Assembly (NCBI GenBank): GCA_036172245.1
Contig: JAYWIR010000020.1
Location: forward strand, 3,224,001 to 3,288,000
DNA: 64,000 nucleotides
DNA from: Raillietiella orientalis
Lineage: Eukaryota
Direction: 5' to 3'
This document shows, piece by piece, positions 13,596 to 27,491 of the stretch (positions are counted from its first letter, which is position 1; each line of letters opens with the position of its first letter). The notes under the pieces were generated by a model that was not told where the DNA came from, made no database searches, and saw only the letters and a program-made list of their open reading frames with translations. The position numbers and the translations under genes are program-made.

Positions 13596-14449
13596 ATGCA
13601 GGAAGATGAAAAAGAATGGAAAAAGGGTAGATACATTCCTTTTCCAATTGTTGTGGTGGCTACTGTAATTTTGCTGCTTTCTGCTTTGTTTTTTTGTATA
13701 ATCTGGTCTATAAAATACAACTTTGCAGAATCTACAGCCACACATTGCAATGCAAGTAGCTTAATTATGTTATTTATAGTTGTGACCTTTCATGTTCATA
13801 GGTGCCTAACTACCTGCCCTCCATATCTGCTGCAATAGGAAGTTATGTACCTCAGAGACACGTTTGGCAGTTGGGTGAGTACATAAAAGCTTGCAGGGTG
13901 TCTGACTGCAATCCACCACAGCTATAGGCATTCAGTTTTTACCCCGGTTATGGGCTGCAGCATTATATGCCAGCTACTACAATTATCTTGCAGAGAAATT
14001 GAAATCACGTTTTTTTTTGGTAACAGTACTGCCAATACTCAATGTTATAGAAAATATTTCCCTCCTGGGATTATCCTTTGTGTCATCATCCTTTAATTAT
14101 GGTGAGTGAAAGCATGCAGTCAAGTAACTATATTTTTGCAGAGTTGCACAAAACATTTTTCACCCTGTTCTTGGTCTGCTCCCAACTATATATGGTAATG
14201 GTTGTACTATTGCATTCCTATAGCCAAAAAGGTCGTCAACGCTCTTATAGTTACAAAAGAGTTTTGTTAGCAGCCAATGGGACATCTTTACTTTTGGCAT
14301 TATATTTCTATATTCGTCATAATCAGTGGTGTGAACCCTTTGTGTACAGTGCTTTCTGCCTGTGTGAATATACCATAGTGCTCTCCAATGTGGCTTTCCA
14401 TGCCATGGCTATAAGTGATCTGCATGCTTACCAGCTGCGTTGCTGTTAA
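13596..14449 (+). CDS. PGAP2: Post-GPI attachment to proteins factor 2 (Frag1/DRAM/Sfk1 family), 4 exons, 238 aa
   Basis: Exons 13596-13751, 13802-13874, 13922-14101 and 14142-14449 join into TATHCN|VPNYLPSISAAIG..PQRHVWQLAIGIQFLPRL..NVIEN..LLGLSFVSS..LHKTFF..RHNQWCEPFVYSAFCLCEYTIVLSNVAFH. In-frame TGA at 13584-13586 fixes the start. Confidence 0.93.
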
Positions 14450-16399
14450 TTATTATACAAACATGTACAGGTGGCTTTTTTAATCCCCACCAAAAGGGTA
14501 ATAGGGAAATAGCTTCAAGTTATCACAGGACCACATGGTTCAGTGAATTCAGTCTGCTGATTACTATCTGGAAGATGATAAGCATTTTCATATTCCTGGA
14601 TCGCAGATTGCAAGTCCACTGATTTTGACCCACCAGCATATTATTCTCAGGTACTTACTTATTCGTGGTTTCCTAATTCAGTTTCATTCCTTCAGGAGTA
14701 TGCAAGGGAGAATATTTAGCAACTCATTTGGCAGGCATGTGGACTGTTCTCTTTGCATGAGTACAAAAAGTTCCCTAGGCAGTGTTCTCACCGAGATACT
14801 GAATACAACAGATACTACTTTTCATCTGATCATAGACCTTTCAACTCTGGTCTCATTCTAATGCCTTTATCATTTAATATAGTTGTTTATTGATCAAAGT
14901 TGCACATTTCGGAAAAATCAAGTTTGTAGTAATAAGTTGCAGCAGCATCATAAATTAGTTAAATAACCAAAAATTTCAATAGGAGCATCAGTTCTGGATG
15001 ATATACTCAAGCACTGAAACTTGAAAAGTAGATTCAAGAAAAGTCAAGGATACTAGATGAATTTAATGTGGGAGTGCTTGGCAATGAGTTTCATAAGGAT
15101 CAGCAGGAATCTATAGAGAGTGTCCACATATTTGACAGACAAAGCTAATTGATTTCAGATCTTATATTAGCACATTATGTATTCTTATAAGTTTTGAACA
15201 TATAATCAAAGCCAACTCCTTATTTCTTCACTGATGTCTCTTTACAGACACTAGTCCAGTGTTACTGTTGAACATGGTTTTCAGGTAGTCCAAATTGCAA
15301 ACCTATGTAATGCATTGGCAGACATTAATTATCCATTTATTATTATTACTGGTAATTTATCGTTTGTTTATTTTTCGACATTACTACCACGCATAGTATC
15401 AGCTTTATGCTCGAAGGTAGTAGTTCAGAATGCACAAGAATTAGAGAATACAAAAGCAGTTGACATTGCTTCATAAAAATACTTGCTTTTGCATTGTTAG
15501 AAGTGTTTACAGCTCAGCCTAAATGTAATGAAACAGATGCCAAAACGGAAAACATGCCTTGAAGCCTTCCCGTTAATTTTGGTTACAGAAGAGGAACTCA
15601 TTTTTTGTTGCTTCCTTGTGTTTTGATCATGCAGATGCATGTGCTTCTTCTTCATGGCCTTCTTTTAGACCTTTGGAAAAGATGGTGGAAGGTATTTTGA
15701 GTTGAAAATGCACTTTGAAAGAACTTACGAGGGTTTGTGGTTCTCAGAACAGATTCTCCCTGTTCCCTGGGTGGAGTTCGAAGTTTTACTACCAGTCTCT
15801 CCTTCTACCACCTAAGACTCATCAGAGATAAAGGAAGTATGCATGCCACTTGATTACAAGCAGCTTCGTTTAGTAATTCAGTGTAGTATTGAATGTGCTC
15901 CAGATTTTGAGCCAGTAGCGAGATACATGGAATGTTGGGTGCCGCACATATAAAGTGGATTTCTAATCATAGGGCTGAGCAAAATCAGTGAAACTTTCGC
16001 TTATCAGTGATTTTTGGGTTGCTTTAAAAACCGTTATCTTTTTTATCGTGTTCACCGTACGCCCAAAAACGTGATCATTTCCTGAAAAATGGGACCAAAA
16101 ATTTGAGGAACGTACATTCCCTATGCACTGCGTAGAAGTGCACCTATTAAAATGAAAATGAGACACTTTTCAGCTCGATAGTGTTCTCCCTTTTGGGTTG
16201 TATCATCAGCTTGAGAGAGCTGCTGTTTTTTGCAAGTTTTGTCCTTGGCTGAGCAGCTTTGGCCCTTCTTAGTTTGTATCTGAATTCCCAGATCACGTTT
16301 TGTGTTATTAACGTCTTTTATCATACGTCTGAAAAAGTATTTTGGAACTTTTGGAAACTTTGTTTTTAACGGTGAGCGTTCATCGGATCCCAATGAGGG

Positions 16400-18070
16400 A
16401 GTATCCCCAGTGGTCCCTTGAGCAGTTTGTTTGTTTGTTTCATCAAAGTATGCAACAAGAGTGAGTGAACAACTTGAGCTGAATTGAAATACAAAGGGAG
16501 CCTCTTGGCACCTTTTCAGAGGTCTTTTAGGAGGTTCCCACCTTCGCCTGGGTACATGCGTGAATGCTCCATGCTTCGAGTCCCTAGAGTGTTTACTTTG
16601 AAGCATTTGGTGCCCCACAGCAGCACCGGATTGGGATGGGTGGATACTTCAGTGATTCTGCTTTCAAGAGTATCTCTTCGATGGAGTCCTTTTCGAACTT
16701 TGGTCGAAGGGGCTAAGGGTTGCACACCTTTATCCCTTTCGCAACTATAGTCCACTGCGGACTTAAGTCGTTATCGGGACAGTGAGGCTGAATTTGCAGG
16801 GAGAATTCGTCGGTAGGCATGTTGTAGGTGTGTGCCTCGTCTCGTCAGAACTGTCCCCTCGAACTTTGTGTGTTACCTGCCGTTGAGAGAACTTTCGCCT
16901 ATTATTACTCTGGTCTGATGCAGGCTAACTTTCCCGTAGATTAAACATATCCTTTCAAATGAGAACAGCAGTCTTAACACTCTTATGAGTATGATAGCAC
17001 ACGCCATAATGTGTACCAGTTAGCCTGGATTAGAATCTAAGACCGCTGTCAGACGCAAGGTCCTACTTTTGAGAATCCAGTTTATACAGTGGGAAAATGT
17101 CAAGTAGGCTCGAATTGTCCGCTTTCTTGAATGAATATTTACTGCAATGGTGGAGATGTGAAGAGCTCTCTGCTTCCGATTACCAAATGCAATGGTGTCG
17201 AAGAGCATGCCCAGTCATCACCATCAGATCTATGCTTTTACCCTTCCAGAAGTCTCGATGACCACGAATGTATCCTGTTGCTTTAGCTGACCATCTTGTC
17301 CCACCAAGCCACAGAGACGCTTTTGATGCAAGGAGAGACCAGTAGTGGAATTCCAACATGCGCGCTGATGTTGTCATGTAACTCTTGATTGACTTCTCGT
17401 TCTTTATCAGGCGATATGTTGTTTATGCCTTCCTCAGCAGATTCCCAGTCACCGTCAGGGACTTGTATGTCGCCGAATTCGTTCGTACAAATTAGACCAA
17501 AAATTAGCACTGCGCAAACTCCTTTGATGAACATCGCTATCTTTTCCATAGGATTTCCTTGAATGCGCTGCCCTCATCAAGGCATGTATGTATTTGTCTT
17601 TTGAAGTTCCGCTTTTTGGTACGTGCAACCTTTCATCCGCCTGAGTAGAATCCTTTCCAGCTGCCTTGCCTAATCCCGGAGGGATGTGACAGTCTCCAAC
17701 AAGACCATTGTGAGAACAAATTCAAAGCTGAAGCCAGGTCTGGTGCTCCATTGCTCATGGCAAAAGTACTCACTGTGGACGTCTCTTGCCCGTACGAGTG
17801 CTCATGTAGAGCACAGGAAGAAGCAATTCAGAAAGAGGAGAGAGTAGGCATCGAAAGCTGACTCTCCACTTCGCGTCCAAAGGAGTGACCCTACCGTTAG
17901 AGTAACTGTAATGGTATCCCTAGGATCTCTGCACTCGACCTATGAAAATGTACTGAGGAAATAGAAAATTCCCAAGAAACTGGCGGAACACAAAAAAAAG
18001 AAATGATGCATTCAAGCAGAGTATCCGCGAGATACATATTGGAAGCATAGCCTCAGTCATCCCCCGTAAT
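16400..18070 (+). mobile_element. Decayed RLE-type non-LTR retrotransposon (NeSL/Utopia-like)
   Basis: RT relics LAPFQRSF, AFG/VPH and GAKGCTPLS (16500-16745). HRISLNALP (17546-17572) resembles HRARLNxLP. NKTIVRTNSKLKPGLVL..VDVSCPYE (17699-17798) and VSLGSL..ENVLRK (from 17914) form the RLE domain. Confidence 0.72.
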
Positions 18071-18699
18071 GATAGAACCTCTAAAAAGGAAGAGATAGGC
18101 TGAGACGATGGTACAAACTCCCTTCCTTGCATCTGTCTGTGTTACGATTAATAGGTATTGCATGATTTCACCACTAAGTCACGGTGCTCCAGCATTGCGA
18201 TGCGGATCAGTAATTAAAAATAAGGAGCATTTGCCCATTACGAAACCTAACCGAAGCAGAGAGAAAAGTCATAAAACCGAACGAATTCGAAGTCTGTTTC
18301 AACCTGCGAAACACTAATGTGTTGAAAGGAAGAATATTAACGGGCCACAAAGGTTTGAGCAAGAATGAATAAAAAGAACACGACGAACTAACTCTTCATG
18401 CCTATGCAAGAAACATGGAAATCAAAGACTTTGGAGGAAAGTCAGATGGAGAGACGAGCCTCTTTCTTGTGTTCTAAAAGGAACGGTTGCCTTCTTTGGC
18501 TGATGAACAAAAATGTAAACACTCGCATGGAAGAAAACGTTTGTGATAACATGCAAGTGATATGGAGTTGTTTGAACGGGAACTTGTAAAAAGGCTGCTT
18601 TCAACAGAAAAAAACTAGAGGAGCAACTCTATATTTTCTAGATCTAACCGAATTTCGTTTTTCATGAATTATACTTTCATGGACCATGATTTTTCCTAG

Positions 18700-19340
18700 A
18701 TTTCATTAATATTCTCGTTAAGAAAAATTAGGTAAGAGATTTCTAAAGCTTTAGTAACTGGAACATACATGTTCCCTCCAAAAATGTATTTACCTTTCAG
18801 TTGTCTAAAGAAAGCATTCCCAACAGGTATATGGTGCAACATGAATCTTCGTTTATGAACAAGGCAGAAAATGTGGGATATCTCATTCTCTAAGGAATCT
18901 TGCACAAATTTTAGAATTAGTTGGAAGGACTACTTCAGATAAAATCGGGCATTTACCGTGCCCCGTCGCTTAAAGGCCAATAAAATGTCCATCTTATGAA
19001 GAAAGATCTGCTAGGCAAAGTCACTAAAAAAGCGTGCTCTGATTTAAAAGTAAATTAAAAAAAAAAACATTATGTACCGATTGAAGCCGCAGCAGTAACA
19101 ATTTCTCCTATCACTAACATTGCTGCTCTAAATTTCATTATCAAATTAACTGAATCCAATAAAATTAGACTGGAAGCCTCCTTCGGATACCATATTACCA
19201 TCAATCTGTGCTAGTTTATGCAACTTCCTTCCTATTTCTTAGTTATATTTTGGAAGCTTGATTTTCGTCTTCTTGAATTACTGAGGCTTGCTGCGTGGAT
19301 GTGAAGAGCGCTCTGCTTCCGATTACCAAATGCAACACTT
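18700..19340 (+). mobile_element. Second decayed non-LTR RT fragment related to the 16.4-18.1 kb element
   Basis: LKKAF and IKSGI..P relics. 19298-19335 matches 17155-17192 at 37/38 nt. Confidence 0.4.
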
Positions 19341-22300
19341 TAGAAAACCCTTGGACATTAGACCTGCTCTGCGACTCTCCCTCATCCCCAGCTCCATTTT
19401 GCATTTCGGAACCACCAGTCACCTAAAAAAAAACTCAGTGCATTTCGCATCCCTTCCTCATTTCCACTCGATTCCCGATGCTCAAGTACTGGAGTACTTA
19501 AAATTAATCGTATATTTACTTTTCCAATCCCTTGGCAAAGGCTAAACTGAATCCCATGTCTTCTTCTTTAGCCTCAGTTAAATTAGGTTGGCCGGTGTAG
19601 TTCAGGTAATGAATTTGAATTTGTCTCCGGTTTCGGTTTATCCTTTGTTTGGGCTACATGCCCATTTTCTTCTCAGCAAGGCAAATCACAAGTGTTGAGG
19701 GATTTCAATGACGATTGGTCACAGCCTGTGACAGACACTCGAAAAAATTGCCCTTGACACATTGCTGCTTCAATACCTGAGCTTCTGAGGATACTATCTT
19801 ACCTTCCCTTGGGATTCAATTTGGATGTGTTGCCCATTGCGCAAGAAGAAAAAGGGGTACTTCTGTGCTGAAGCTGAAACAACCGATGTTTCTGAATGAA
19901 ACGAATGGAGTGGTAGCATAGAATACAGTTGTTTTCTCGACTAAGTCGACCAAAGAAAGGAGCTCCTGTAGCGATTTTAATGTCTTATCGATAAGTTCTA
20001 GACGATGACATATCAAATAACACGCTTGCTGTGCTGGTAGCTCTAGAAAGTACCATGAACTATTTTTGGAAGATTTGATCCAAAGCAACCTAGTCGTCAC
20101 GAAGATTGACCGCTGAAGATGATGTCTATCAAAATCCAGTAAACCATCCTCTCAGCAGCCGAGCATCATTTTTCTTGTGTTTTCTTTCTTCCCTCCTCCC
20201 TTTCTTTCTTTCTATTTTTTCATCTCTTAGCTCTTCTCTGCGCTTCCTCGATACTTCCGGCTTGCATCTGGCAAAGCAGCTTCGCTTCTCTCATTCGTTG
20301 AGCTCACTGCAGTGCTCTTATAGCATGTGCAGGGCGGAAATACTGGACATATTCTAGGGATTCACGCCGACGCTTACGAGAACGACATGCAATCCCTTGG
20401 CTTGAATGTGGTCACATGGTGGTCTCCTAGGAGTGCAACGGCTAACTTCAATGCGGACTTCATTAAACCTCAGTTATCGTGGCTCCCGAGCAACCTCTTC
20501 GTGAGATACCCTAATAAGGATGGAGATGAACTCTTTCTCGCTAACACACCGTACGAAGAAACCATCTACCAAGACAACACGGAACTTGGAAACTGAATTG
20601 CTGTGTAATTAGGGTCCTGGCAGGAAAAGGAGTCCATGGTAACGACGTACGGCAGTCAGAACTATGGATGCAAACTGCGAGGAGAAGCGAGATCACTTTC
20701 ACCGGATAGCCTCGACCGCTGCACCGAAGTGTTCCCGAACCCGGCACTAGAGCGCAGCGATCACGGGAGAAAAGGGGATTGGGGGAAACAGGGAGGCTCG
20801 GCGGGAGAGTCTAATGCTCTACGATTTGCGATGTTTGGTTCCACGAAGCGAGTGGATCAATCGATCTACATAGACTATTCGCAGGGCTGGATAGAAGCGT
20901 ACGGGTTGCGATACTGGAACTGAAAGCAACTGACTGGTCCGGCTCTAATGGTCGAGGTCCATAATTTTCTTGCTTTTTTGGATTTATACATCCAACTCTC
21001 ACTTTATGGCATTTCCTCATTCGAATGTTCTAACAAAGCTCTCCATACCATAATCTAGTTTAACTGAGAGATTTTGTTTCTTTGGTGTTTGAGCTTCCTG
21101 GTGCTCATCGAGCTCTCACGGGTATCGCATGACACCCTCATGAAGAGAGCCATGAGCCCAAGGACCTGACAACCAAGCTTATCCAAATTTTAAAAACATT
21201 CGGCGGAGGAAAACGAATCTTTGCCTGGCAAAGGAAGGTATTTAAACCACGCTCTCCCCCTCACTGTTGCAACCGCAGCAACTCAAATTCACAAATGCAC
21301 TCTCACTAATGCCATCCATCCATAAACCGGGTGGTTTTATCAACGTATTTAAAGGCACACACGAGACGTTGTCCTAGCAATCGTCAGAAGTCGGTTCATG
21401 TTTCTTTTCTTCAGGATATCCAAGTAACTCTTTCGAGACAAAGGAAATCAAACTAACTTTGGACGATGAAAAAAGACTGCGTTTTAGAAAAAAGATGGTT
21501 TATATTATGCAAGGCTCATTTTTCATTTTAAAGGAGATGAAAAACTGAAATCTCAATTTTTCACTTTTTTTTTTTCTTTTTTCGTGTTGTTGATTATCTG
21601 TATTACCTTCAGGCCTGTAAGGGATTGATAATTAACTGTGAAAGTATTTACGAATACAAAAACAGGTCGATTTCAAGAGTTAGATCTCGAACTCTCGCTA
21701 AAGTCCAGTTAGCTGCACTAAATGATGCCATCTTTTCGAATAGATTAATGCAACATGAAACTCCCTACTCGAAGTATTGATTGAAGATTTCACCCATCCC
21801 CCAGAATTCCTTTCACGTTGCTACTTGAGTTGCTTGTCATAACTTTAATCTAAATCTAAGTCTACTAGTCTCCGCGTACATTTGGATCAGTGAGAGCAAT
21901 CGGTAAAATATGCAACTATCACGATAACATAATCTATTACTAACAGCTTTACTTAGAAATCCATCACAGGGAAGGCGTTGTTTTTTCTCCGCTACGAGAA
22001 AGGAGCAATAAAATCTCAGCACTGGGAGCCCGAAGCTCCAGAAGCAAGTAATTAGCAGAAGCAAAACATGATTCCAACAGTGATTCTGGAAATTCCCTTA
22101 GAGACCTAAAGTGTGCATACGTGTATTCTTGCGTATATGAGTGAATTGTACACTAGATCCTATTTCAACATTTACCTACATGACAAACTGTCAAAGGTAT
22201 AGTTTATCTATATGATAAACGACTTTATCTATCAAACTAAAATTTATATAGTTTACCATAAAGATAAATGTTCGAAAGCATATTACACAACTTCAAAACA

Positions 22301-25300
22301 AATTATTTAAAAAACTAAATAAATTAGGACAAAAATGGAGTATTACAAGTACCTCAGCTGACGCCTCGATGATCGAAATGACCGATGGGATATATGTTCT
22401 TCTTGGTGGAATGGGGGACTGTTCAGTGCACTTTTCATCGCCAGACAAGAAAGAATCATCAGGATCATCTGTTGCAATGGAAATCCACTACTTGGGATGG
22501 ATGTGTTGGTTATCAGTTATGAAATAGAATGCAGAGAAATCATCCACAATCATCCACAAGATGAATTTACGTTTCTCCCATTATAATTCGTTTGTGTCTT
22601 TATGATGTGTTGGATGTCTAGGAATGAACCATACATGATAAGAGATAGTTTTTGAAACTCTCTGAATGGTCTCATCAAGCCTTTTGTTTGCCAAGTGATA
22701 AGGACGTCTTGATTTCACTTTTTTCTCTCAAGATCCCCAGTGTGCACTTATTGTCACAAAGTCGCAGCAGTATCACATAATAAAAGTTCGAGAGACCCTC
22801 AGAAACTAGGTAGAAATATTTGGAAACGTAGATGGCTTAAATGATGTTTTTTTTTTTAAGTATCTTTCATGAGCGCACAAATTTTCATAAGCCGTGTATT
22901 TCCCACCTCTTCTACAGGGTTGCCAAACGTCCAAATCACAAAATGCCCCTGCTGTTTTCTTCAGCTCCATCGCTTCAAAATGTCTATGTGCTTTAGGTTT
23001 ACTGCCTTCTCTTGACTAAGACTTCGATCTAGAGAGATGCACTTTTCCTCTGATTTTCACCTGCATCACCAACAACTTTCCTCTATTTCACTCCGTTTCT
23101 TAACAATTACTGTTGAACGTATTGGTGTAGCAGCTTTTACGTGTTCCAAAATTGTTTCTTCGCTTTAATGTTTTTGATATCGAATGCTCAACACTAAGAG
23201 CACTGATGATGGAGAAAAGAAATTTCAGTTTTTATTTTCTTCCAGATACACTTTAAAGGTTGCTGTCTTCTATGATTTGATACTTTCCTTCTTCTCAGAG
23301 TTCCGAAAGGAATTCCAAATAGGGAGCATCCATGATGTCACTTGAAAGAAAAGTAAACCACAGAGCTAAAGTCGAGCGGAAACAAATTATTCTACTACTG
23401 AAGGGCTCTTGTGCTCGTTTCCTAATAAATGAACCTCAGTTGTTCGTATGTTTCAAGTTCCTGTTCCACGAAAAACTTCAATTATTTTTGATGAAAACGA
23501 TTTCCTACATACGGATGCTCACAGATTTCTCCATTAAGGACCATGTATGTACATTTGCTTTGTTTCGTTTATATTTGTCTTTTTTGGATTATTCATACTC
23601 TCACTCCGTATGTATGACACGCAGAGTTTAAAATTTTCCTTCAAATTTTCCATGTTTATGTGCGTTTCAGATTTGAAATTCCGAAATTTCGATTTACTTT
23701 TGAGCACCTCGATTCTTTACAAAAATCTGTTTCAATACTGAAGAGCTTCTGACTCTGGATCCCAAAGTTTGTATTTCACAGGAAGACGAAAAAAATCTAA
23801 CGTAAGATCCCACAGGAAACACTAGTTGCAAAACTCTGGAATATACAAAAGCATGAATTGAGATTCAACGGGATACTAACACGGATTTAACTGGAGACGG
23901 ACATGCGCACAAGTAAAGAACAGAACTAACATTCATACTTATTAGAGTTTTGATTGAGAAGTTTTCCTGAATCCATTGTTTCGTCATAAAGTGAAAAAGA
24001 CCACTTTTTACAAGAAAAGATTTCGTATTCAATGCCGAAATGCAGTAAAAACAACTATGCATGAAGCATGATGATCTTTGATCAGTCGCTCAATGTAGTC
24101 TCCAAGCTACATATTCAGACAGTATTTAATTTTGCCATGTTCTTTTGAATGTCAACAATAACTCCAATTTCTCCATAACAACAACGATCGGTGATCTTCC
24201 AATTTCAATCTCTATTACAATTACAATTTCTATTTCTATTTATCACTTAGGACACTTCCGACACAAGCGCTGTTTCCGAAAAGCATACATCAACAAATCT
24301 TGATAACACTTTCCGATCACAAAGGTTTAATAAGGAATTATCGGAAGGTAATCTTGCCAGTGACAAGTAATAACTCCAAGAGAGACCGAATATTTTGTTA
24401 ACAGCCAAGGCGCGTTAAGATCGACCAATTTTACACGAGGATTCAAGCACCCATACATTGATTAATGTAAGACTTTCCTATCCCAGAATAAGGTCAGGAT
24501 GCTTAATCACATCTCATATCCCTCCCACTAGTTGGAGTCAGTAGCCTACACATTCCTCAGATTAAGCACAATTTTGTGCTTATAGTAAAGTGTTTATTTG
24601 AGTGCTTGTCTCCTTTGATAAACAAGCTGCCATGTGTATTGGCTGTGAAATGTTACAAGAACCATTGTCATTTCAGGTGAGTTACTTGAGAAGCTGTGTT
24701 GTTTTCATAACTTCCAGGTTGGTGGTGCAATTTGTTCAAATTGTTCAAAAACCAAATATACATCAATATAGAATGAATTGGTAACTTTATAGAGCATGTG
24801 TGTTTTTATCATCTCGTCGATTGTTAATCCAAACTTGAGTTCTTTTGAACGGTAAATGCAGACTGCCTTTCATTTCTGGTGGGTTATCTACATTTTGTTG
24901 CCAGATGATGGGAAATGAGTTCATTGTCTCTGGAAACGTGATTTTCATAATCTCTCAGATCAGGCAGTCAAACGATACTGTAATTTGAGAATTTAAGTTT
25001 CTCATAGTTTATGTAATGTAAGACTTGAAACTAAATTTGATGGAAATACTGTAATGGTGCATTAATTGAGTTTTTATTCATGAGTTCCTTCTACTGACTC
25101 TACCAAGCTCTCTATGCCAAGCTTAGCAGACAATTGTGGTAAGGCATAGTCTGAGCTGCAACGATTCTTGTGGAGTTTGAATGACTTTTTCGAGGTTCAT
25201 AATTTCCCATTCCCATTAACCCTCTCCAAGAACTTATGAGTACACCTAGACGTTTTTTCATTCTTATTCCTAGGTCTAAAATGGAGCGTGGGCAATGTGT

Positions 25301-27491
25301 GTGCATGTGTGTTTATTTTTATTTTTTTTTCTTAAACATGCCACAGATTTTGTTCACAATAAAGATCCTAATAGTGAGATTCCTAATTACGTGAATCATC
25401 GGCTTAGATGTTAAGCTTCAGCAGTAATGCCACTGAAGTCAAACAACATTCCTGCTAAAATTGGTTTCTCTCGAAACGAAAGATATATATACAAGATCCT
25501 TTTTTTTTTTTTTTGTCTTCAGCCACAATCGTGTGAAATAAGGCGCTGACACTAGAAATTTCGAGTGTATTGGTGTTTCAGGATGTGAAATGATGGTTTC
25601 TTGCAAACGAACATCGGGCATTCATCCCTCATCCCTTGCCTTCCCCTAAATCCAGCTGGAATCAATGTAATTTATCCCAGGACGTTTCGTGCAACGCTAC
25701 GGAATTCCAGGCTGATTACACAGCTAATTCTCGTAATATTGTCCAAATACCATATAAAGCCACGGGACACACATTCCCCATGCACAACACCCGACAAATG
25801 TCATACCAAAGTCAAAATACATTTCTGCTGCATTACGAGCTTTCCCGTTGCATCAACGAATTTTAGTTGCCCCAATATCGATTTCTGTTCGCACTAATCT
25901 GTTATTAATAAAGGAAATGTTTTGTCGTGGATGCCAATACAATATATGGTAGTTACTCCTGGGGTTCGTTCCCGTTGAGCTAATCGTGGACGAGTAATTC
26001 CAGGCTTTGCTGCTAATCGAGCGAAATGTTTGATTAGCCGTTTGGTCAAGTTCATTCGAGTAGTTGTAGTCATGAAATAAAAGCAGCGAGTGTTCATTTT
26101 CAATGAAAAAATGATCGCAAACTTTAAGTACAAATGAAAAGGAAAGGAAAAAGCCTATGGGAAACGTTTTCGTTTTGCAAGAAATCCAAGTGTGACTTCA
26201 GATCCAAAGATTGTGCCGACTGTGAATTAGTGTGTGGAGTAGAGTAGTGAATGCAGACTGTATTTCAGCTAAAATTTCTCATTTTGTTATGTTTTCACTT
26301 TATCCGCAGTTTCCAAAATTTGCAGACCCAATATTTTAATGTCGACAGTTTTGGAATAAACTGTACACTTCAGTACTTCATTTAGTACGATTAGTGTTTT
26401 TGTTGTGTCTGCAGCTACTATGTCGCAAATATTAAGCTTTACATTCTTTTATATGCCAATATTAAATTATTATGAAGTTTTGCTTAAGCTGTAATTGCAA
26501 TATGAATTTATTTTTTTGTAGCGCATATTTTGAATAATGTGTATAGGTGTTTTCCACTAACTGGCTTAAGTAATTTAGAAGAGAAGAAATAAAAACATGG
26601 CGTCAGTTCATTGATAAAAGTTTGTGCTAAATAATCTTATTACAATTTGCAATTGAAAATAAAGCTATCGCATTAATATTTTATTTATGTGAAGTAAATA
26701 CTTTCAACGTTAAAGTGAAATAACCACAGGAAATTTTGTGTAATAAATATCACAGCATGGTAGTATATATCAAAAAGAGATTTATATTCACAAGTGCACC
26801 TCAAATATTTCCAAATAAGATTTGGAGATGGTCTATGTTGTGTAGTGCATCTAGATAAATAGATAGGCCGTTTTTTGTTTGTTGCATTCTCATTAAGAAT
26901 ATAATATATCCAACGGGAAAACTAGCAAAAATACTAGTAAGTGGTGGTAATTTAAAACATTCCACAACTTTTTTTTATGTAATCGAATTTGCCTGGAATC
27001 CTGTTGATTATAAATGTGTTTGATAATTGTGACTGAATTCTTGGATGTAAACTGAACATTTTTAATCCGAAGATCTCATGAAAAGGTTATAAATTTAAGT
27101 TCAGTTGAGCACAAAACATTACTAAAAGTTTAAATGCATTGTATTTTAATGATGAATTAAAGCATGAGATAAAAATGATTGAAGAAAGAAATTCATGTAA
27201 CCTTCAGGAATGATAATGTAAATTTTGATATTAAGAATAGGATCCTTTGATTCTCTTTTATGCAACATGCAAGATAATTGCAGTTTTGTGCATCTTTATT
27301 TACATAGCAAAGTTACATGTACTTTTTATCTCTAATTCTGTATAGTAAAATATTTGGAGATAATTTACTATGGATATTTATTGAAGTTTGTTTGCTGTTA
27401 AAGTTAATGATTGTCAAGCAAATTGTTCTTGATTAATTATATTTGTAGTGTTGAATGCTAGTTGAATGTAGGTGATAATAATTGAAAGAAA

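Noticed and set aside
19590..19645. tRNA A-box-like GCCGGTGTAGTTCAGG
   Set aside because: No B box or cloverleaf follows.
22300..26130. Possible TE remnants, including a PDVRLQET endonuclease-like motif at ~25600
   Set aside because: One weak motif; too decayed to call.
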